Below the pieces are notes generated by a model. The model was not told the DNA's origin. It made no database searches and saw nothing but the letters and a program-made list of their open reading frames with translations. Made by a program: the position numbers and the translations under genes. From Octopus sinensis (lineage: Eukaryota), in assembly GCF_006345805.1 (NCBI RefSeq), contig NC_043004.1, positions 36,518,001 to 36,582,000 on the forward strand: a DNA stretch of 64,000 bases, given 5' to 3'. How positions within the stretch are numbered: the first letter of the stretch is position 1; each line of letters starts with the position of its first letter. This document shows positions 54,783 through 64,000 of the stretch, piece by piece.

Positions 54783-55288
54783 TATTTGCCATTTCGCTTG
54801 TTTATATATCAATACATTTTTGTACTCGTCACATATATATTGTCTATATAGGAGCTGAAAAATGAGGAATATGCTTGATATAAGCAGCAGAATTTTGCAA
54901 GTGATTGGAAATAAAAGTAAAATGCAATAAATGCATGGATCAATCAAATAAACTGTGGTAGACAAATATGAATTAGCAGCAGCTCTGTGTGTTATAACAT
55001 TATGTAACACACATACGCTGTGCATTGTTTGTTCACCGGTAGGCTACAATTTAGCGCTGTGGGGATGATTTCTCCTAATTCCCAGGCGTTAAAACACCTG
55101 AAAGTCTTAGACAGGCGAGACAACTCACTCAAAATTCCATTCAGGAGCGATGGACATCGACGTTTCGCCATTTTTGTGGCTTATCAACATCAAGTGCCCG
55201 AACCAAATCTGAGGCGAAGTGAATCGCCAGTCTATGAATATACACAATTGTGTAAAAACTATTTGCTTGTATATGCCACGGCAATGTA

Positions 55289-55346
55289 AACGTAGCCTAG
55301 CGGAATCATGTGGTTGGTAAGCAAGCTACTTATCACCCAGTCACTA
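55289..55346 (-). mobile_element. SINE family A head fragment
   Basis: Reverse complement gtaggcgcagtagtgactgggtgataagtagcttgcttaccaaccacatgattccgc. Confidence 0.7.
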
Positions 55347-55364
55347 CTGCGCCTACATATATAT

Positions 55365-55568
55365 ATTCAAAATTTGCCCGCGTGTGTATCGTTGGCGATT
55401 TTTTTCCTCCGTCTTCCCTTCCTTGGATCTTTCCTTTTCCTATGTTTCTGACGAAGAATCCGCTCGAACCGTTAAATGCTCTTTCTTTCTTTCCTTTCCT
55501 GAGCGTCCAAATAACACTATACTTGTTCCACGTCCTCCCGTTGTTGTGTTTTCATGTTTGGATTAACT
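55365..55568 (+). mobile_element. Penelope-like pseudo-LTR fragment (second copy) abutting (TA)n
   Basis: Homologous to 143-345; GTTT-CTGACGA-AGAATCCGCTC-GAACC-GTT-AAAT at 55444-55477. Confidence 0.6.
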
Positions 55569-56411
55569 ATATATATATATATATGAAATTTCGAATTTAG
55601 TTCACCCCCCCCCCCCCCAGTACTACCTTCGTGGACCGCAGGTTGGGAACCACTGCTCTAAGTCATATCTTATCTACTGAGTAATAGGAACCATTCAAAT
55701 ATAATTTTTAAGATATGGGGTTCTCTGATATGAATTAACAACAATTTATATTTGCTGTTCCTGTTCATCTTTTATCATCAGTACACAATTCATTACGAAT
55801 GTTTTTGTTTCTTTTTTTTTACCAAGCACAATAAATTACTATTTAATATACTCACAGCTTTTTGAGTATTTTGTTTCCTTGTATGTTACATGTTATAAAG
55901 TTCATACAATGCATACATTAAAAGTCAGTTTCATCCCGTCATAAACTGACAGTTTATACTGTTCATCGAAAACTACGCTGTAGTAAATATAGATTTACAC
56001 AACCATATACACGCATACATAGAAACACACACACATATATATATATAGTGGAGAAGGAAAGAAAGCAAGAGAAATAGAGACAAAGGTGGGGAGAAAGAGA
56101 GAGAGAGAGTGCAGTACAAACACATTCAGACATCTTGATGTGATACAGTCAGGCGAAAACATACTCCTGAACGTGGTCAAACTTGATGAAGTATAGAGAG
56201 ACAGACAGACAGCCGCAGCCACTTGAAAACTCTCCATGAAGCTAAAACCAACAGACCATAGCTGAACCATAAATCAGCGGATCACTAAAAGGCTGTACTA
56301 AGTTAACAGTTTCCATTCAGGTTGTGTATGTGTGTGCGTGTGTGCGCGCGTGTGTGTGTGAGTTTGCGTTTGTGTGTGTATGTGAGTTTGCGTTTGTGTG
56401 TGTGTGTTTGT

Positions 56412-56454
<43 letters not shown>

Positions 56455-56879
56455 TGTGTTGTATCGCTGCTATTGGCACCGAGCGTGTGGCCTACCGTAC
56501 AATTTCGTCTATTTATATTGTTTATGATTTAAGACTTCTCTTTCCTCTGTATCGTATGTCGATGAGAAACAATTCAATATATAATTTTGTGTAATTATAA
56601 GTATTCTACAAACTCTGAATCATTCCTGTGATCAGCTTCAATAATACAGTAATATTATTCTATCACAGAGTAATATATAACAGAAAATATCGGTAACGTG
56701 CCAATGGTTGTGACATTTAACGACGATGTTTTGCATGGCTGTCTCTATTATGGGCTGATTATTTGCACCATACATCACTCAGGCCATTCATATTGGAGGT
56801 GATATTTGGACATATGACAGTTTGCTATTTTTGCACAGTTTTAGTAACTTTTCAGTTTGTGTTAACCATCGAGGGTAAG

Positions 56880-57960
56880 GTCATGCTTGTATATCAATCA
56901 CGTACGTAACATAAACGCATTCTTAATATACGAGCATCACATAGATGATGCATTTAAAGCCTTAGATTCAGGTTCGAACTCTGATGTTATATTTCTCGAC
57001 CACATTCTCCTGTTGAAATTATCCAATATTGTAATCCGTGGTAAACTGTTGCACTGGATTAAGTATTTTCTGATGAACAGGGCACGTGTTACGATCACTG
57101 GAACCCACTCAAACCAGCAAAAGTTACCAGTGGTGTTCCCCAGGGGACTGCTTTGGTCCGCTTCTTTTTATACTCTACATAAACGTCATTTCAAACGTCA
57201 TCAAATAGCAAAATTAAAATATTCGCAGATGACTCCAGAATCAGGAAAGTTATCATTGAAGAAGAACAAAGTAAGCTCCATTTTGATCGCCATGCAGTAA
57301 GCCAATGGGCGAACAAAAACATGCGGATAAATGAGAGAAATTTTGAACTGTTGCATTTTGGAAAAGAGAATCCACTCAAACATATTCTCTTCCTTCAGGA
57401 GAACTACTCATAGCATCTATTAATCTCAGTGTCTTAGCAGAAATTGGTGACAGCTATCTCGGCTGGGGTGCTCACATCAACAATGAAGTCGGTAAAGCTG
57501 AGAGGCTGAACTCCTCGATACTAACCGGTCCAGTGAGCAAGATCATCATTTTCCATTTCTCTTCCTTTCTACAGCTAAACCTAGAATACTGCATTGCAAG
57601 GATTGAGTCACCTCTGAGAGCAATCACTAAATCAATCACAAAATTAAGGGCATGACGGATCTTGATTATTGGGTCTGCTTTAAATATTAATTTTTTATTC
57701 TCTCCAGCGCCGCCTTGAGCACATCATTTGAACAATGTAAGGACTATACCACCAGCATTGTCTAAACGTCTTAACATAAGATTTTAATTTCATCCAAGGT
57801 TGGGGCCACGTGCGATATGCACCCCTACACACCCCAGGTTCACAAGGCATATTTACTGTAACACAATTATTTTTCTTTAACAGGTCCTGCTCTATTTAAA
57901 ATTATCCCGAAAGATATCAAAGAAGAGAAAGGTCCTATCAGGTCTAAATGAAACCAGGAT
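56880..57960 (+). mobile_element. 5'-truncated CR1/L2-group LINE, RT C-terminal relic
   Basis: DVIFLDH..HILLLKL..IRGKLLHWIKYFL..(SG)VPQG..IKIFADD..FELLHFGK..LEYC..DLDYW..LQRR motifs across frameshifts (ORF 56887..57300). Confidence 0.85.
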
Positions 57961-58129
57961 GAAGGGATACGAGATAAGCCACTAATGCCTCGACACATTT
58001 CAGTCAACAATAATTCCCAACGTGAATACGCCCTGATATCAGGAGAAAACTTGACTTAAAATAACAGATCCTATCATGTGGTGCTTATTATTAGGTGGAC
58101 GTGGCTTGTACCAATCTTTGGCCGAAAAA

Positions 58130-58500
58130 TATCTAAGTTATGTATCTATGTGAGGCTACTGAAAAGTATGGACAAATCCTGGCTTGAGCGGGTACTTGCT
58201 GGAGAGAGTACCTGCAGCAAATATATGTGGCAGAAGCACTAGCCACATGCCCCAGAAATGGTCAGAAGTGGCTGTCTGAGAATATCTTCTACCTCACCAG
58301 CCCTAATTTCTGGCCCTCCTCATGGTGCCGATTGTAATTCCATGGGTTACTGTGTGGGGTGCGGTTGAGATAAACACAAACTTCTCTCCTTGTAACGCTA
58401 AGGTCGAACAGGTGGCCAAGATCAAGGAATATCACGGAAGATCTCAGGAACACAGGAACACATGTACAAATTTGACTTTTGATGCAGTTAATATATTTAT
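58130..58500 (+). mobile_element. maT/DD37D-like Tc1/mariner transposase C-terminal relic
   Basis: YVRLLK..KSWLERVLAG..GQKWLSEN..TSPNFWP..DCNSMGYCVWGAVE. Confidence 0.75.
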
Positions 58501-58543
58501 CCACTATAATGATTACGCAAAGTACTGACTACTATATCAGATG

Positions 58544-58622
<79 letters not shown>

Positions 58623-58754
58623 ATGTATGTATGTATTTCCATGTGTGAGTGAGAAAGAGTGTGTGTTTATGCATACATTCACACACATGCTTACATACAT
58701 AAATGCAAATTGTGTGTGTGTGCGCGGCCGCGTACATGCCCTGCGTATTTGTGT

Positions 58755-58870
<116 letters not shown>

Positions 58871-59084
58871 AGATAGATTGGTGGATGGATCGATAGATAT
58901 GTTTATGTATATATCTATACTAATTTTTCTATCTTCGTTCATGCGTATAAAACAAAGTCATTGAAAGCGCAAAGCATTGTTGTAACGTTTCCTACCTATT
59001 AATATTTGCGCATAGTTAAATTTTATGGGCGGTAATTCAAGCTTGAAATCAACCGAAAGTAGCTTTAATGCAGTTCAAGTTGCA

Positions 59085-59140
<56 letters not shown>

Positions 59141-59582
59141 CATTATGTCAGTTTAATATTCTATTGAAATTCCATACAACTATGATTGTCGCTCTCATCA
59201 AATCTGCTGCCAATTAGAATTAGAGTAATTAGCAATTGTTAACCATAATTTAGTGGAACACATACAAGAATATGAAAACAGCAGAAGCTGTAAGAAGTTT
59301 ATAAATATACGTGTGTGTGTGTGGGGGGGGGGGGTGTTGTGTGTGTTTGTGTGTGTGTAAAGGAATAGGGAGGGAAAATGGGTACATGTGACAATATGTA
59401 TGGAGAGTAGTGTTATGGTCTTTAGAAATCAGACAGGAAAAATAGTCCGTACAAATAATATGAAATACTGAATCATTGGATAATTAGGATGGTTTATGAG
59501 TATTATAGTATTGTTAATTAGTATAGATAATGTTTTCCATAACCTGCCCTCATGCACACTCACACACAACACACACACTCAA

Positions 59583-59592
59583 ATAGACAGAC

Positions 59593-59671
<79 letters not shown>

Positions 59672-59760
59672 CAGATAGATAGACAGATAGACAGATAGAT
59701 AGATTGATAGACAGACAGACAGACAGACACATAGATAGATAGATAGATAGCTATATAGAC

Positions 59761-59815
<55 letters not shown>

Positions 59816-59836
59816 CAGATAGACAGATAGATAAAG

Positions 59837-59912
<76 letters not shown>
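59583..59912. repeat. (GATA)n/(GACA)n microsatellite
   Basis: Directly visible. Confidence 0.95.
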
Positions 59913-59915
<3 letters not shown>

Positions 59916-60258
59916 TTGCTGAACACCTCATAACAGGCTTAAATTATATTTCATTTTTAAAACCAAATGTAATTCAGATACGAAAATCACACACACACAC
60001 ACACACAGAAATGTGTGCGTGTGTGCGTGTGTGAGTGAGTGTTTGAGAGTGTGCATGTGTTCCTATTTTAATGCAATATTAAGTCTGATCATTTACTGTT
60101 GGTGTAGTGCTGTACAGAGAGTCAAATAAAATTTACAGGGCAGAGGAAGTTGACTGAGATTGCAAGTTTCACCTAACCATTTATTCTTGGGTGTGTGGGT
60201 GTTTGTGTGTGTGAGCGCATATGCGTTTATATATTATATATATATATCTATATATATA

Positions 60259-60298
<40 letters not shown>

Positions 60299-60362
60299 AT
60301 ATATATTATATATATATATATATTATATATATATATATAATATATATATTATATTTGACAGA

Positions 60363-60722
60363 GGCGGCGAGCTGGCAGAAACGTTAGCGCGCCGGGCGAA
60401 ATGCTTAGCCGTTACGTTCTGAGTTCAAATTCCGCCGAGGTCGACTTTAAAGTGGACTCGCAGTCGTAGGATCACGGTTTCGATTCCCAGACCGGGTGTT
60501 GTGAGTGTTTATTGAGCGAAAACACCTAAAGCTCTATGAGGTTCCGGCAGGGGTGGTGGCGATCTGTGCTGTACTCTTTCATCACAACTTTCTCTCACTC
60601 TTTCTTCTGTTGGCGTGCTCGCTTACCCAGCGGGGTGGCGCCATTTGAAGTCTAAAACAATGTGAAGCGCATTGTAACCAGCGATGTGTAGCAACATATG
60701 ATAGCCTGGTCGGTCACGGTGA
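60363..60722 (+). mobile_element. Chimera: truncated SINE-B head (60363-60448) joined to a 5'-truncated third SINE-like element ending at (TA)n
   Basis: B head with an internal deletion to gtcgacttt, then gtggactcgcagtcgtaggatcacggtttcgattcccag (B-box-like)...cggtcacggtga(TA)n. Confidence 0.6.
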
Positions 60723-60801
60723 TATATATATATATATATAAAGTAATGGAAACTGCTATGATGAATGATAAAAGTAGTTAAGTGTAACTAAAATGAAATA
60801 C

Positions 60802-60899
60802 CTTTCCAGTTTCTGTAGGATTTGTCAACATAATAATTGTTTTCGAATTTTCTTGCCAAACCATTCGCCAAATGTCATTTAACGTCGATCGGTTAGGAC
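60802..60899 (-). CDS. Protein tyrosine phosphatase catalytic-domain exon (first exon in window): (G)PNRSTLNDIWRMVWQENSKTIIMLTNPTETGK
   Basis: 98 nt. Acceptor tttttcctttttcag, donor AAG|gtattt. Phase 1 in, phase 0 out. Contains the PTP motifs (Q)GP, DxWRMVWQE and IIMLT. Not in the ORF track; found by reading the minus strand. Confidence 0.95.
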
Positions 60900-61103
60900 C
60901 TGAAAAAGGAAAAAAGGAAAAACAAAATTTGTATTTAATAAATTCATTTCAGTTGAACTCTATCTATTGGATAGAAAGTTATGATTGATAGAGTTATGGT
61001 AGAGAGTTCTGATGACCATAACGCTATACTTGATCCCAGTTTTGGCTCGAATGAATATCACATCTTCCCTCTTCTAAATCAGATTATTTCTCGTATCTGT
61101 TAT

Positions 61104-61485
61104 CTTTTATCGTGTATATCTTTTATCTTTCACTCATTAGGTTGTGGCCAAACTGGAGCACCGCCTTGAAGAATTTAAGTCAAATGAATTGGCCCCAGTA
61201 CAGTTTTTAAAGTATGGCACTTATTCTGTCGGTATCTTTTGCCAAAACCACTAAGTTACGGGGACGTAAACCCACTAACATCGGCTGCCAAGTGGTGGTG
61301 GTGTTAGAGTGGAAACAGATACAAAGATACACACATAAAAATACATATTTATATACGACGGGCTTCTTTCAGTTTTTCGTCTACCAAATCCAACCAAGAT
61401 TTTGGTCGGCCCGAGGCTACAGCAGAAGACATTGCCCGAGGTGCCATGCAGTGGGACTGAACCCTGAACAGTTACAGTTACGCCT
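61104..61485 (-). mobile_element. SINE family A, diverged
   Basis: Reverse complement of family A from tail through CORE-like segment to partial head. Confidence 0.85.
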
Positions 61486-62228
61486 GTGCACATTCCAAAC
61501 TTTACTTGCGCATTATTAAACTCTTCCCTTATTATGAACGAAGAGTAGATGGATCGAATGTAAGATTAAGAATAGAACTCATAAATTGTTTGATTTCGCC
61601 TTCATTCGTTTGCGGGTTTTATGAAAAACTATTCTAAGTTTGGTATTCGAGAATAAGCATTGCATGCCTGTTAAAGACTCCTGTATTCCTTTGACAAAAC
61701 ATCTGCCACCTTGCCAGAGTTATGTGCCATGAAGCTGCTGTGAACACATTTTCGAAGACCTTAATTTGAACCTTCTATTTCTTTCATATACTTCTCTTGT
61801 TTTTATCCTGTGTCAAGGGATTTGTATTGTTAAAAGTAATATTTTATCTTAAAGTTATTTATCATTATTATTATTATGGAGAATTATACATGAAATAAGA
61901 TTTATTGATGTCAGACCCAATTTATGTTGAAGTTTAATTTTACACCACTTAATTATATTCTCTAAAATACAAGTTTTTTGTGTCTACTCGTCAACCACAA
62001 AATATGTTAGAGGGTATCCATGATAGAAACTGTTGCGCTCTGGCTGAAATGCGAGCCAATATTTTAATTGTTGTCTCTAAATTCTGAGATCAAATATTAG
62101 CAGAGTTGAAGTTGTAAATTATGTTTGTAGGTCGACAAAATACATATTCAAATAATGCTACACTTTTACTTTCAAACATTTCGTGTACAGGTTTCTGGCT
62201 ATATGCAAGAATGAGATGATGATGATGA

Positions 62229-62259
<31 letters not shown>

Positions 62260-62261
62260 TA

Positions 62262-62470
62262 AAGCTGGCTAAATCGTTAGCAGGTCAGGCAAAATGCTTA
62301 GCAGTATTTCATCCGTCCTTTCGTTCTGAGTTCAAATTACGCCGAGGTCAACTTTACCTGTCATACTTTCGGGGTCGATGAAATAAGTACCAGTGAAACA
62401 CTGGAGTCGATGTAATCGATCAGTCCCCTCCCCGCCCAAAATTCAGGCCCTGTGCCTTTAGTAGAAAGGA
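62262..62470 (+). mobile_element. SINE family B (short-tail subtype) after (ATT)n
   Basis: gctggctaaatcgttagc...gagttcaaattac...atcgatcagtcccctccccgcccaaaattcaggccctgtgcc...gtagaaagg. Confidence 0.85.
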
Positions 62471-64000
62471 GTAGTAGTAGTAGCTGTCAATTTCGTGGTT
62501 CTGAGTGCGACGACGAAGAACTCAAGCACTGTTAATAACCAAACGTAATCTACAATATATTAAGGTTTCTCAATAATTAAATTGAAATCAATTAATATCA
62601 GTTTAATATAGGTTTTGTCGTTGAGACCATTTAACGTAACACCTATATGTAAATCATTTCTTCTTCTTATGTTGTAGTATTGAATTTACCAGTGATATAC
62701 TAGGTTCATTCAAAGGGTAGGTTTTCCTCAGAAAATTGAGTTTATTCGGGGAAAAAAATCGATAAATTTCTCAATCTTTTCATAAAAGTCACTATTTGCA
62801 TGAGTAACAAAACCATTGTCCTTGATATAACTGATAACAGCAACAGTGAAGATTGTGAAGTTATTTTATTTTTCCTTTTGATTTTCCAACCGTAATTTTA
62901 ATGGCCTCTGCTTTTCAAAATGCACAAAATTGCTGAAAAGTCCTAATCTTCTATTGACCATTTGCCTCTTACCTAAAACTTCTACCTCACAAAACACCAC
63001 ATCCCGACAAGTTCATTTGAACTCACTTTTTATGTTTTATCTCAGTAATCAAGCTACTTAAAATTAAAAGAATTTCATCACTACGTTAATCTAATTTCGC
63101 TTTCTTTCTTTTTTTTTTTTCATTTAGTAAAGCTAAGAAGACTGTTTCATCCATCGTAGCGTTACTAAATGGAAAGCAGTTCTTTTATATAGCTTCACAA
63201 TTAGAAGTCCGTCGACAGAATAAAAAAATTTCCCAGCGAGCTTTTTCCATTTCCATCATAGACAAACAAAAGTAAGAGACTTATTCAATGCTCAAGCGAT
63301 ATAAAAGTGTCGATTCACAAAGCATGAAAGTGTTGTATTCAGACCAGAGTTGATTGATTAAAATATAAAGGTGAAGTGAACACTAGCAAATTTCGTTTTT
63401 TAATCAACAATTGTCTTCTAATTAATAATAACTTAATGGTGCCTTAAAACAGGAAAAACTAAAAATGTTAATAATAGAAAGTTCAAAGATTTTGATGAAG
63501 TCCAGGCCTTATTTAATTATGATGCATATAGGACCACTCTATGCTGTAATAACAACAACACTAACAGTTTTCTTTTCAGAATTTTTCTCTAGGAAAATAA
63601 TCCTTTTCACCTCACATAATATTATTCGCATTTAAAATATCATCAAATTATGTCAAATGCCTTCTTTTATTATATAGCTTCATCAATTCTTTAGATTTAA
63701 TCAATTCTGTTATTGTGCGAACCTTTTAAAAAAACATAAATGTTCGTTTCTAGTTCTTGACACGTTCATGCATTAATAACGCTTCCTTGATGACAGAATT
63801 GAAGCGAGGTGTACATCTGATTAACATTTAGATGAGGAAGAAAAAATATTCTGAATTATAATGATGAACTGGGTATAACGAGAAGACAGCAATAAAGAAG
63901 GTTTGAAGGCTTGTTCATACAGACCGAGCACAATATTTCATTCAAGATATTATGCAATTAGAAAATATAAGATAATCTAATAACCAATTGCCTTGGTCGG

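Noticed and set aside
55625-55656. hAT/Charlie-like terminus (ggaccgcaggttgggaaccactg)
   Set aside because: Only one short end was seen, with no partner TIR or TSD, so it is not reported as an element.
62966-62980. Second AG|GTAAGA juxtaposition on the minus strand
   Set aside because: It lacks a convincing polypyrimidine tract and is likely chance.

Overview
AT-rich, microsatellite-dense eukaryotic intronic DNA. The SINE families, mariner/Penelope relics and (TA)n/(GATA)n load fit an octopus (coleoid cephalopod) genome; this is an inference. The only host gene I can support is a classical (probably receptor-type) protein tyrosine phosphatase on the minus strand. Four exons (60899-60802, 39552-39433, 36251-36103, 14554-14419) splice in frame into most of an intact catalytic domain (..[44 protein letters not shown]), separated by introns of about 21.2, 3.2 and 21.5 kb. 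I did not find the flanking exons, so they probably lie outside the window. The rest is two abundant tRNA-derived SINE families (called A and B here), a third SINE-like element, R4/Dong, CR1-like and RTE LINE relics, mariner/maT/pogo relics, a MITE, Penelope-like fragments carrying minimal hammerhead motifs, and simple repeats. Most ORF-track entries are microsatellite artefacts. Best leads: (1) headless ~184-bp SINE-B units joined head-to-tail at the same hairpin junction at three sites; (2) a strong AG|GT candidate recursive splice site in a 21-kb intron; (3) minimal hammerhead ribozyme motifs in (TA)n-abutting elements; (4) recurrent fold-back palindromes at (TA)n tracts.
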